Assembly (NCBI RefSeq): GCF_036321535.1
Contig: NC_087436.1
Location: forward strand, 70,434,001 to 70,498,000
Length of the DNA: 64,000 bases
Reading direction: 5' to 3'
DNA from: Camelus dromedarius
Lineage: Eukaryota
In this document: positions 1-12,647 of the stretch, in pieces
How the letters are laid out: every line of letters starts with the position of its first letter
How positions within the stretch are numbered: position 1 is the first letter of the stretch
The notes under the pieces: generated by a model
What the model was told of the DNA's origin: nothing
What the model saw: only the letters and a program-made list of their open reading frames with translations
Databases searched by the model: none
Translations under genes and position numbers: made by a program

Positions 1-3000
1 GTTGTACCATATTTCCTTTTTTTTTGCTTGTACCTGGGACTTGGAATTAGAGTATTACCTGAATTAAGTTAATGTGTCCATTGCTTGTTGGGGCTTACGT
101 TTTCATTTTGATTTGAATGAGTTCTTTAAAGCAGTTAGAGCACTATTCAGTAGCTTTTGATGGCCAATGTGATGTCTTTCGAAAAGGTTTCTGACTTGAA
201 AACTCTCCTCCTTGTGCCTGTCACATTAGCATTTAAATAATTTTCATGGTCATTACGGCACTAAGATTGAAGTTGTTAGTGTAACTGCAATCAAAGAAGC
301 ATGTCTGCTTCTTTTTGTGTAGCTTTAACAACTGAGAAAAACTTTTACTTTCATTTTAAAGTTAAATGTAGTGATAAGATTCTGTTTTCTGTATACCACA
401 TCTTGAAATTGAGTGGATTTAACCTCATCCCAGAGTCTCTGGTAAGATGACAAGAAACTCCCACATGTGTGAATAGAGAGAGGAAAGCCATACTCTTAGG
501 AGCTGTTGAGGGCATTGATCAGGGTGGGGGTGGGAGGGGTAAATGGGATATTTTGATGGTTCCAGGCATGTCTACCTTTGAGAAAACAGAAAACTAAGGG
601 ACCTGCAACATTTTGTATGAAGGCGTTTACAAAATGAGGTTTTCAGTATCATTTAATGTTTCGGGGTCACTGTGGAGCCTTACTAATGTATACAAGGCAC
701 CCCAGCCAATGAGATTGCCAGAATGTACTCTCACTTTATAATGATGTATCTTTTTTAGTTCATTTTGTTAACAAAAAATGACTTTAAATGTTTGAATGTT
801 AGTGTTATTATTTTAGTCTTTTAAATGATTAGAATGCGTTTTGGGTTTACGACAAAGTGTGAAAGGAATCTTATGTGGAGGAAAAATGTGATAGGAATTG
901 GGTCGCCTTCGGAACAACTTCCAGCATGCTCTGGTGGTAATTTCATTTTTCACTGAGCTCAGGCAAGTACAGTTTTGAGGTTCTGATCTCTTCTTCTGGC
1001 CATAGCCTGTATCTTAAAGAAAAACACAGCACTGAAGGAAAGGAAGTACACATTAGCTGGTGAATCATGTAGATAATCAGGTTTCTCTGCCCGCCTCTGA
1101 GGGCGCTGCAGTCCACGAGGACTACCATTGTCAGGGGACAGAGTCCTGTGAGAATTCCCCGCTACTTAAGTGTGGCTGTACACATCACCTGCATGTTTCT
1201 TGGAGCCTTTTTTGTGTTCATTTTTAATAATGGGAATGAAATCCAAGACTGGAGTTGATAGATACAAAGACTGGTTGTGGAAAGAGCAAACTGAGAGGAG
1301 AAAAATCTAATGATGTTGAAAGTTTCTAAGTAGTTTTTTCTTGCTAAATGAAAAGGATCAGGGTACGTGATTTGATGGAACAAAGGAAGCTATAAGCAGA
1401 GCACATCTCTCAGTTCCCGCTATTGACACAGTTTCTAAGGCCAACCTATGATTTATGAAATTTCTCTACTGTGGGGGAGCTATTTAGCAAAATACATAGT
1501 TTAGGAACATCCAGGAAGTTAATAAGACTTCACAAAACTAGATCTTGCTACTTTCAGGATTTTTTTGCGTAATGCAGAAATTTTATGGAGGGGAAGAATA
1601 ATGTTTCTTTCATACCAGGTCAGGGCTACGTTGTATTCCACATACATTTTGCCTTTCTCCCAGTAGCTAAGCATTTGATGTGTTTATGTCACAAATAGAG
1701 AATAAGCTGCTGTCCTTCTAACATGAAGATGATATTTTGTATCCCCTGTGGTGTACACCATTAGTTGTTTTTCCAGTAGTGGAAATGAATTCTCCTAACC
1801 CATCCTTTTACCCAGTTCTTATGTCTGATGTACGTTTATACATGCACGTGCACACGTGTGCAAATACTACTCATTTGTCAAGGTGGCCGACTTTATTTTA
1901 TCTGAAGCCATATTTATGGCTGTCATAATGATTTTGTGGCCATGACTTTTATTGCATTTCTCTAGTCTCAGCAATGCAATGGCATTTCAAACGCGGCATC
2001 AGGACAGCCAGCTATGAATGGTGATGGATTTACTTACCTGCTGTGGTGAAGAGTAGAATACAGTTTTTCTTCCAATCTTCTTCATGATGTGCATGATTTT
2101 ATCCTTCAATGATAAGGTCTTACTGGCCTTTGGACTAAGTTTTGTGTTGGAAAAAGTGGTGATAGAACTCGTTATGGTGAAACTATGTACATCTGTATTT
2201 GCTTTCAGAAACCTAAACACCATCTTGTTCTTTTCTCCTGCAAATTAAGTAGATATAAGGGATTATTATGCTTGTTGAAAGATGGGGAAATGAAGACACA
2301 GAGAACTTTGTATGATTTTCTTAAACTAAGCAGAAAACTGTTGGTGGAGGTAGGAGCAAACATTTCATCTTTGAAATGATGAAACCGTGATACCTGTTTA
2401 TTGAATGACTGTCATCAAATGAACAAATGCTGTTTCAGTCACAGCTTTTAAGGTACTAAAGCAGACAGACGTTGATCCTGGTATAAAGGGAGGGTTTCCA
2501 TTCCCTGTTGGTAATTCTGCTCGGCAGTGGCCCCCTGTCGCCTCCCCTTTAGTTCAGGTCCTGCAGCGCCTGCGGGCGAGTCACTGGTGAAGAGTTTTCC
2601 ATTTGCTTGCGCCAGCTGTAGCTTCAGTCTTGAGCGCTAACTTTTGTTTTTTCATGGAGAATGAATACAGAAAGAAGTGACGTGAAATGAGGATGTAAAA
2701 GGGAATAAATAACCACCAACTGATATTTCAGAGTTTTTTTTTTTAAGCTTTGTGGATTATTGTGTAGAAAAAGGATATCCTCTGTTTACTTGAATTTCTG
2801 TATGAGAAACCTTAAAGTTTTAAATAAAACTCGTAATATAGTTTTGGGGGATTTTAACAATCAAAATTAATAAAAATGCAAAATAAGAAAGGAACATATT
2901 CTTGAAAACTGTTGTGGTGTTGTATGAGTGACACAATTAGAAAAGCTGTTCCTAGTCTTGGGTAAGAAGTTAGCAGTTTCTTTTCTTTCTTGCAAATGTA

Positions 3001-3589
3001 GTCACTGGTTGATATTCTCCTGTACTATTTGCAAATAAGTAAACTTGCGGGATTTGGAATTTTATGTTAGTTGATTCTAGCTTTGGCCTGGAGTCCTAGT
3101 ATTCACAGATACGGCCCAGTAACAACTTCATCTATTTGGAACGCCTGTATTTGGCATATTCTTCAGCAAAACAGCCTCTGAGCAGGCAAAACAGAGGGTT
3201 GAAAAAAAAAAGCATACATTACAGAGGCTTCACTTTACTCACAGGAAAGTGTCCCTTAGTGTCTGTTTACTTAATTCACGTACTGTTCTAACAGGGCTGA
3301 TTATAGGTTTTCTAATCTGATAGCAAACAGTAAACTACAAACTAGAAGATGGAAATGGCCTGATATTGGCAGTTACACGGATAACATTGAAAAGTGCCAG
3401 AGGACAGCTTGGAAGCGGAGGAAGAGATAGACTAACTACTGAAAGCAGATGTAGGAATTAACACCAGCGTAGTTGCTGGGGACCATTCACACTGCCCTCA
3501 CGGCATCACTTGGTTGCATTTCCTTCTCCCTCCTCCCTTTCTCCTTCCCTTCTTTCTTTTCTTTTTCCTCCCCTCCTTGCTGTCTACTT

Positions 3590-4340
3590 AAGTTTTTATT
3601 AAAATGTAACATGTGCACAGTTAGCCCATATACGCATGTTGTTAAATTAATAAGTAAACAACTCAGTGATTTACCGGTGAGTGCAGCCCTGACCCACTGC
3701 CCATGCTAAGATGCAAACTATTATCAGGGGCGAGAAGCCCCCTCCAAGGATACCGTCCCTCCTGACTTCTGGGACTGTGGGTTACTTTGACCTGTTATTG
3801 AACTTTGTCTGAGAATGCGTGTTGTGTATCCTTGTGCCTCTCTGCTTTTGCTCAACGTTATGTTTGTGAGATTCATTCATGTTTTGTGCATAGCAACAGT
3901 TTGTTTATTCTCTTTGTGCTATAGTGTTCCATTTTATGAGAATGCCACAGTTAATTTTTCTGTTTTACTCTTGAAGGACATTTGGGTTTTTCCCCCATTT
4001 TTGGTTCTTATGAATAGTACTGCCCTGAGCGTTCTTATACCTGTCTTTTGGTAAACATGGGGATTTGGGAAGTGTGTGTTGTGAGTTGAATTGGGGCAAG
4101 TCTTAGTAGATAGCGCCTTCCTTCAAAAGTGGTCCCAGCATCTTATGAGTTTCGGCTACCCTACGTCCCTACAAATAGCTGGTATTAGCTTTTTTTAAAT
4201 TTTAGCCATTCTAGTGGAAGTATAGTTGTATCACATTGTGGTTTTAATTTGCATTTCCTGGAGTACCTTTTGTACCTTTTTAATATGTTTATTGGCTTTT
4301 GATTTTCTTTTGTGAAGCACTATTTCAGGGTTTTTGCTCA
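3590..4340 (-). mobile_element. Old L1 (L1M-type) 3' end fragment
   Basis: Antisense L1 3' motifs: tttgctcaacgttatgtttgtgagattcattcatg, ggacatttggg, tttagccattctagtgg...cattgtggttttaatttgcatttcc. Confidence 0.8.
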
Positions 4341-5743
4341 TGTAGTTTCTGCCCAATATGTTATCCCAAGTAAGAAAGATTTTAAAACCTGGGGAGTAAA
4401 CTTGTTTGTTTTTGGAAATTAAGCTAACCAGGCAAACTCATTCACGAGTGTTTCTATATAATAAGTAAAATAAATGAGTGAAAAGATTAGGAACATTTTG
4501 AACTTGTAACATCATGGTCTGGATCTGTGAGACCGTGTCCTAAAAAAACCAAAACCAAAACAAAAAACAAAACAACTTTAACACAACATGGGAAACCACA
4601 CAGAACATGTCCTCTGTGTGTACCATAAATGTAGAGCATCTTATAATGTGGTACTGCCCAGTGGCTCATGGAGACGGGCATTTGGAAGGTATGGGTTGGA
4701 GAGTCAGCTCTCTTACTTGTGAGTGATTTGATTTGGAGAATTTAGAAATCATCTCTATCTCTTTTTTTTCATTATTAAAAATGATTGTAAAGCCCAGTTC
4801 GTTCGAGGTGTTATGAGAGACAGAAGAGATCTTATTTATGAAACCTTGTTCAGAAACATGAATGGACAGACATGTTTAGTCATTATTATTATTGCTGTAT
4901 TCTACAGCATACCTTACTCCTGAGTTGAATTGTGCCAACACTGAGAGCAGTTCCTGACATTAATAGATGTTTGTTTGCTGAATGAACGAGCAACACACTT
5001 CAGCATCTTTCTTGAGCTGTTACTCTGCGTGTTTCAAACTGTGTTTTACAATTTTTCTCTAGGATTTTTACTTTTTATTGCTAAAGCCGAGTTGGGACAG
5101 GGTTCATTAAACATCAGGTTGAAAAATTGAGTTGAATAGCCAGCCGTTTCACTCTATAACTCACATCAACTTTCTGCCCCTGAGTAACACACGCAGGACC
5201 TGGAGAACCCTTGAAAATGATTACAGTGCTCTGCACCCCATGGATGAGCCCCCAAAGCCTACACATGGAATATTTTTAGCTTCTATAATTAGAATGCTGG
5301 CCAACAATTTCCAGATTTAAAATATTGTAGTGGTTTCTCCAGTGCTTATACCTTGGAAACCATGTCTCATGAAAAATGGGATATTTAAGGCTGAATAATA
5401 GCTGAAGACTGGAGCTTGTAGAGAGCTCTTTCAGCTTAGCGCGGATGAGGTGGTCCTTAGATGTGCTGATTATAACATCAAAAGCAAACTTGTAGCATGT
5501 ACCTTATAAATGCTTGTGTAAAGCAGCAACTCTTAATCCTTTGAAAGGTCTGATTCTCAACTCTTGGTTTGATTTTCTGAACCTCTTTTTTCTTCATATG
5601 AAAAGGAGTTTAGTGACACATATTTATATTTAAATGAAATGGAATTAAAATTTGTATGATTTTTATTTTGGAAGATTACATGATAAACAGTAGTAGGTAT
5701 CCCTTTGCAAAATCAGGCTGGCAGCAGAAGGAACTTGGATTTT

Positions 5744-6052
5744 TGTTTTGGACTTTTTTTTTATTGACGTATAGTCAGTTTGCAATGTGTCGATTTCTGG
5801 TGTACAGCGTAATGTTTTAGTCACACATATACATACATATATTCGTTTTCATATTCTTTTTCATTGTAGGTTACTACAAGATATTGAATATAGTTTCCTG
5901 TGCTATACAGAAGAAACTCAATGTTTATCTATTTTATATATAGTAGTTAATATTTGCACATCTCAGACTGCCAGCTTATCCCATCCCACCTCCTTTCCCC
6001 CGGTAACCATGTTTGCTTACTATGTCTGTGAGTCTGTTTCTGTTTTGTAGAT
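5744..6052 (-). mobile_element. 5'-truncated L1 3' end with 15-bp TSD
   Basis: Poly-T, then ttattgacgtatagtcagtttgcaatgtgtc...ctgtgctatacag...tatgtctgtgagtctgtttctg; TSD aggaacttggatttt at 5729-5743 and 6053-6067. Confidence 0.9.
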
Positions 6053-7934
6053 AGGAACTTGGATTTTGATGTGAAAATCTAGATAGGTTTTCTCACCCAG
6101 ACTGATTTTCTTTTCCTCTTTTCTTGTATTTGAGTTTTTTTCTTTTCTTTTGAGAGCTGGTGGTGGTAGTCTTGTTTGGCTGGCTTTCATCATTTAGCTG
6201 TCTTTTGGTACTCAGGGTTCTGAGCATATCACACACGTTGCTTCAGAGTAACATGCGTCAGCCTGCATTTTATGAGGACTTTCACATTTGAGGTAGCAGC
6301 CCTTATATGTGCTTGAGCCAAATGTGGCTGCTTTAGGGTGATTTACTAGAGAAATGGACTCATCTGGAATAGTAGACAGCTTTTGTTTTCTGTTCCAGAC
6401 ATAATGCTGTGGAAAATGGAAATAAATACAAAGGGTAATCGTGGTGAGCCTTGTTAAACTACTGTTTTAAAAATAGTGAATTTCAGAAAACTTCATCTTC
6501 TGTTCTGGGTGACTTCATTCCTGTGAGAAGTTAAAGTGGGTCATTTAAAAACAAATCACCCAGGCATATCTGATTATTACTGTGTTTAAAGACTGGAAGC
6601 AAGGCTCCTCCCTTTGGGGTCCATTGGGCACCTGCAAATTAAAAAAAAATGGTGCTACTGGTTTAGAGAAGAGCAAGTATTTAAGGAATAGGATCATGAC
6701 TACGATCGCCTCTCCCCTGATGTCTCATGAGTGTGGAGTGCTGTGGTGCTTCCGTTTCCCCTGCTCTTCAGCATGAAAGTCTGTTGTCTGTCTGTCCTGA
6801 TGAGAAGATTACTATATCTTGAACACAAACCAGGCTCTGGTAGCTTCGACCCCAGAATGCTCCTGAATGAAGTTCCGAAATGCTGTCTAGTGAAGCGTGG
6901 TGGTTCTGCGTGAGGACTGAGATCCTCGGGCAGACTGAAGGTTTGACTGGACCTTGAGAGTTGATGGCTGCCCTTTTGGAACTCTCCCCTCGCGTGTTGC
7001 ATGTTGACTGCAGCTGCAGCGAGACCTCATGGGAGAGCTGCTTCCAAAATGCCTCCACTCCTTTGACCTCTAGAGACCATGTCCTGAGGAATGTCAGATG
7101 AGCACTCATGGTGCTGGCAGAGGATAGGGCCTGGTGCGGGGAAATGGCTAAAGGACTGATTACCATCGCCTTTAGAACATTGCTGAGCGTTAACAGATTA
7201 AGCAGAAACACACAGCTCACACGTTCGCACTTTGACAAACAGAGCTCCTTTGCCAGGAAAAAGAGAGAATGTGGATAGGAAGCGTCTCAAAAGATTTAGA
7301 TAAATGAGATCAGATAATTTCCCTTGAAAAATACATTAAGTGATGAAACTAAAACACTCGTCCAAAGACAGCAGAAGAAAATATAATTCAGGCACTCACA
7401 CTTTTTACTGCCAAAACTTTAGGTAGTGAATTGTACACTTTAATCGATCACTTTATTGCATACGGCTCTGCGCTGCCCTTTGTTTCATTATGTGTTCATG
7501 TTGTCTTCCTACATTTTCTGCTTTCTCGCTGCAAGAACTGTGTCTGACTGTCTTTTGTGGTCCTCACAGAGGCTGGCATATCTTATAGTGAAAATACTTA
7601 ACTTAGTGGAATGGTAATTAGTTACTTTCAAAAATCTGAACAGACCAATCGGAGATGCTCAATCAAAGTCGATTTCTTCACCAGTGTAGTAGTGCTGATC
7701 GTTGCCATTAGGTCTTTCAAATATTTCTTGTGAAATTTGTTGTCGTGAAGTTTGGAATCCAGCAAATTTTGGGATGAAACTTGTTGTTGGGGTTTGTGAT
7801 GTTTTATAGTTACTTGGAAAAATTATCTAACCTTTCTCTTTAGATATGATTCTATTTTATCTGTTCTCTGAATTGGACACAGTTTTATTCACTAATTTTT
7901 CGAGGTGAAAAACAAGTTGTTAACACTTAAAAAC

Positions 7935-8030
7935 ACTTTTTCTTGAAATAATTGCAGCCTTATAGGAAGTTAGAATATAGTGCAGTTGTTATGTAGCATT
8001 TACTCAGCTTCCTCCAGTGAACAGCGCTTT
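7935..8030 (-). mobile_element. Short old L1 3' fragment
   Basis: ttgaaataattgcagccttataggaagtt...ttactcagcttcctccagtg resembles antisense L1MC/MD 3' ends. Confidence 0.45.
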
Positions 8031-10519
8031 TAAGATTTCTAAAGAGGCACTGACCTAAAAAAAGTCTGTAAGGAATTGTAAATTTTGTGCCTTCTCTGAA
8101 AAATACATGGGAAGTATTGTAAGAATGGCCAAATTAGGCACATCGAGTACTTGCTAGGTTTCAGTTAGAAAAACTGAATGGGTCTGCCTGCAGCGGGCAG
8201 GGGAAAGAGTCATTCACTCACTTACATGTTCATATCTGTGAATTTGGTGTTTGCCACTTTCAGAATCATTCTTTTCTATTCACCATGTTGAATTAGGAGA
8301 TTTAAATCTAGATTTTGTTCTCATTACATGTTTGGAAGATGTAGCACAAATATAAGTGAGGAAAAGTAGAACTCTATGGTACCGGTGTTAGGGCACCATG
8401 TTCATTCTAGGTTTTATGTAGAGGTGAGAGAATGTCATTGCATTCTGTGTAGTTATGTGTTAGCGTATATTGTTTGCCTTATAATATACATGCCTTATCC
8501 TGTGTGTGAATGTGTGATTGATATATTGAGACATTGCAGAATAGATATTTTACTAGTTATATATACATAATAGTATTACCAGTGAAATCTCAGTACGTTC
8601 GACTATTCTTTGGTATATTGCTACATATTACATTTGAACTCATATTTGAGTTCAGTTATCACCTCTTCAGAGGAGTCTTTTAATGTTGAATATTCATCCA
8701 AGTGTCTGAACCTTGTGAATCTTACCTAGATGGCACCCTTGAAGGTTTGGTCTTGTACCTCGAGACAGACATAACTGGGAAAGATGTAGGGGAATGCACT
8801 GAATATCATGAGAATAGAGGAGTGTCTTTAAGAGAACAGACAGAAAGCTATTTGAACAATGAAATCTGAAAGGACACCTCACCTAAGTCTAAATCCAAGC
8901 CTAAGGAAAGTCACGAATACTCTGCCCCAGATCCAAGATCACCAGCGGTTACAGAAGTTTAACATCAGAAAGAGTTCAAATTTGTGTAGTGGGTATTCTA
9001 TGAGCAGCTTTTCACTCCAAGAGGAGAAACTGGCTTAAGAGGCCCAGAACAAATCTTTAGGTAGGTTGAGTATTCATACACTTTAAAAGAGAATATGGAC
9101 ACGTCTGGTAAATAGACCTCTTTGGATGATATTCTGTCTTGACCCAGAACTCTCTCTCAGCACTTTATTCAAGTCACCTATCATTTTGTGGAATTATTTC
9201 TTGCTCTTTGATGTCACTGTCAGATGTCACTGACAGTTGGTCCAGGGGATTGTGGGTCTGATCTCACTTGACATTTCCTATAAAGTTTACCTGCCTTAGC
9301 AGGTCTTAGCTCTTGACCTTGACCAAAAGGCACTAGTACAAGTGCATTATTACACCTGAGGCTATAAAATGATCAAATCACTTAACACTCCTTATAAAAT
9401 TTCCCTGAATCAAGTCCACACCTTGCTGCTGATAAAATTAAATTGGGCGTTTCTGAATTAAAACCACCACTTTTGGTTCAGGGTTCATTTGGGATAATTC
9501 CTATACTCTGAAATAACTTGCTTTCCCAATTAAATGAAATCTATTTTGTACGTTAAAAAATTGTTGTGTTGAATAACTTAGATGTCATGTTGTGTTCACA
9601 AATTAAGTAGAAAGCTTGAAAAGTCCAGTGCCATATATTCCTGTTTGACCACAGCCTTTAGCTTCTGTGATGGAAGGACTCTAGTATATGGGCTTGAATA
9701 ACACCGTGTCCTTTATATAAAAACCAGAGCAGCAGAAGAAACCAGGCTAGAGGATGTGGCCCAGGCTTTAAGCAGGCTGCTGCTTGGATTGGGAGCTGGT
9801 GGAATAACTTCTCAGTCCTGTAGAGACAGTGAGGGATTCAGTTCTAAAGTGGGCATACTGGGGTATGTGATCTAACGGGACCCTGATGACCTCGGGAGCA
9901 GTGATGGGACGGAGTAAGTGCCTGGAATGTGGGCAGTGAGTACCAGGAGTTGCCATCTGTGGAATCAAGGAAGGGGAAATAATGCTTTGAGGAGCCTGTC
10001 TCTGGGAAATTCAGAATGGGTCTGCTTAAGTTGCAGGAGTGGTCTGTTTATCTACTGTCATTAGAGTATGAGGTATTCACTTTAATTGAATTTTCTGATC
10101 ACTGAAGCTACCTAATTAAGCGTCCAAACTAAAATTGTCTTATATGTTTCTAATGTATGTTATTCCAAAGTGAATTGCACATACTTATCTCCTTAACAAT
10201 ATGTTGAATATAATTTTCCCTTTGGTTCATCTCTCGTGGTCATTATATAATTCAGTGTTGCTCTTGGGGCTGGAAGTGTGTGGAGCTGTTGCTCCGACAC
10301 CAAGTGTTCCCATATTGCTGTGTTTTATACATTCTTTTGTTTATCCTTTATGTTGTAAAGAGGATGTCTTAGCTGTGTCTCACCAGGGACTAAGGGTCTC
10401 AGTTTTTGCTTACATGGTGGGCAGTGATGCCCGAGGTATTTATTTTCATGAGTTGAATGTATGTGAGGAAATGCAGTTTCATCAGAGGCTGTGGTGAGAG
10501 GTGGGGTGGGGGATGGAGG

Positions 10520-10870
10520 GCACGTGCTGTCTTCCCTGGGAGGAGGCGTTAGCCATACTGAGGGAGACCGTAGGGCAGAGCTGAGGACCTGTTTTCAGGA
10601 GGTGGTCTGGGAAGAGCGGGCTGGGAGAGGGCACTGGGGCACCCAGGCAGCAGAGCGTGGCTCTGCGGGGACGGAGCCTGAGGCAGGGGTTGTGTACTTC
10701 AGTGCCCGACAGGTTTAGCGCGTCAGGGGCCGGGAGAGAGCATCCCGGGCGGCAGAGCGGCATTCGCAAGTGGAGAGGCCCGAGCAGAGGGACAGGAAAG
10801 GGCTAGTGGTGAGCACGGCTGATGGACTCCTGAAGCCAGAGAAGGTTGCTGAGGCCCAGCAGGCATGTGG
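10520..10870 (-). mobile_element. Degenerate, unusually GC-rich L2-like fragment
   Basis: gggagagagcatcccgggcggcagagcggcattcgcaag..ggcccgag resembles L2 gggaagagcattccaggcagagggaacagc..tgcaaaggccctgag. Confidence 0.5.
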
Positions 10871-10989
10871 CACGTTTTGGTTATTGTTACCGAGACCCCT
10901 TTGTGCCTGTAGGCTGTTCAGGCCTGTGGGAACTCCCATGGAACTTGTTTTCCGAATCCGTGTCACTGTCGGTATTTCACTGGGCCGTT

Positions 10990-11605
10990 TATGAGCGTGG
11001 ACTCTGGAGCCGGAGTGCCCGGGCTTGAGTCCTGCCTCCCGGACCGTCTTAGGCTGGGTTCCCTGGGAAACAGCTCCTGATTGGGCGGGAGGTTTACTGG
11101 GGCTTGTGCTGAGGGATAAAGCCTGTGAAGGAGTCAAGGAAGTCAGACTGAGCAGGCGAAGTGCGAATCAGTAGCAGCCAAGGCCTCTGCTGATCCCAGC
11201 AGGAGCGCTGAAGCCTGGAGACCTCTCCCAGTTGCCCTGTCTTGAGGTAAGGGAGCCAGGCCTTTCCCCCACATCAGCCAGTCCTGAGGTGTGGGCTGCC
11301 CAGGGGCAGGGCTGTGACCTTGGCTTAGGTGGCTCTAAGATGATTTCTGAGACAAGGCTGAGCTGAGCCTTGTTGGCCACCAGCACCTGCACCAGCCTGG
11401 GGAGCACGTCTGTTCTGAAGGGGAGGACTGGGAGGTACAGCATCACTGCCAGATACTTAGTGCCTCAGGGCCCAGGCCTCCCTGTGCTTCCAGCTCTTCA
11501 TCCATACCTTCCTCATTTAATTCCTAGGGTTTAAGTAAGTAATGCATATATGTGAAATGCTTAGAAAAGTTTGTAGTGCATAGAATGACTTAGGTGTTAG
11601 TTAAT
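10990..11605 (+). mobile_element. MIR split by an LTR insertion (5' part ~10990-11044, 3' part ~11450-11605)
   Basis: gagcgtggactctggagcc..gggcttgagtcctgcctcc (MIR head); gtaatgcatatatgtgaaatgcttagaa...tgttagtta (MIR tail). Confidence 0.6.
11045..11448 (-). mobile_element. Solo LTR, LTR16-like (ERVL)
   Basis: gtcttaggctgggttccctgggaa..., ggcctctgctgatcccagcaggagc, ggccttt..cacatcagccagtc..tgtgggctgccc..gtgaccttgg match recalled LTR16-family sequence. Confidence 0.65.
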
Positions 11606-12584
11606 CATGATCACACCTGACTTTATCAGCTCTACCTTTCCCTTACAATAAGTTCTTTTAATATGCTATGAGTTTGAAGGCCAATGCTATCATTATTATT
11701 TTTTCTAACTTGCAAGAAGAAAAATCTGACAATATCTGTAAGAAATCTGACAATATTTATAAGAAAAGTAACTTAATATAGTAAGTATTTTAGTAGTATT
11801 TGCAGTTTTAATTTTTACCAGAAGAAAGATGCAAAAGAAATAACCTCTGATGAGGCAGTTTGAAGGATTTGGACATACGGACCTTCCAAGCTTATGGGGA
11901 ATGGCCTGCTGTTGAGCTGGGGAGTGGTGGATAAAGCAGTGCATGGCTGGGTAATAGTGTGCAGCTCAGAAGGCCCTCAGAGACTTGGCCTTTGTCTTTC
12001 CTGTCACTCTGGTTCTAGACCTAAACATTACAACACCATCAAGAAATATAACATTGCCACCTAAGTAAATTGCTTCATTTCTAAAACATTTCAGAATCAT
12101 CCTTTTCAATATTTCAGTATTTAAGTTCTGTAAATATAGAGCGGATCACCTGGAGTGTTTTAGAAATTTGGTTTTGATTCAAAGTAATGTTCTCATGGAG
12201 GCTCAGTCCCTGCCAGATCATTTCTCATTCACTTGGGGACATGGCTAATTCCTTTGGACAGCTTCTATCTCCTTTATATTCATGTGGATGGAGAACATTT
12301 CATCTGAAATGACTTACTTGTCCCTCTTCCCCGCCAGGCAGCAACTATATCATACTAAGTTGTTTATTTTTAAGGAACTGTCTGATTGCTCTGTTAACAT
12401 TAAAGCAGAGATAGTTAATTATATATCCCACAAAGTACTTCTTTAAAACATAAAGTGTGCCTATTTCTTCTGTTTGCACCAATAGCCCATTATTGGCATA
12501 TCCTAATAAAGCCAGCAGGGCAGAAGAGGAAATAATAAGAAAAAGAATTTTTTTTAAAAAGGCTTTCCTTGGATCCATTTTCTT

Positions 12585-12647
12585 TCTTTTTTTTTTTTAA
12601 TAACATTTTTTATTGATTTATAATCATTTTACAATGTTGTGTCATGA
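12585..12647 (-). mobile_element. Extremely 5'-truncated young L1 with TSD
   Basis: Poly-T + aacattttttattgatttataatcattttacaatgttgtgtca (camelid-type L1 terminus); TSD atccattttctt at 12573-12584 and 12648-12659. Confidence 0.85.

Noticed and set aside
2525..2545. CTCF-like motif (reverse gcgacagggggcca)
   Set aside because: Several mismatches at core positions.
9714..9723. TATATAAAAA as a promoter
   Set aside because: Isolated motif in AT-rich intron with no supporting exon or CpG context.
11722..11763. 21-bp tandem duplication (2 mismatches)
   Set aside because: Ordinary slippage-type duplication with no functional clue.
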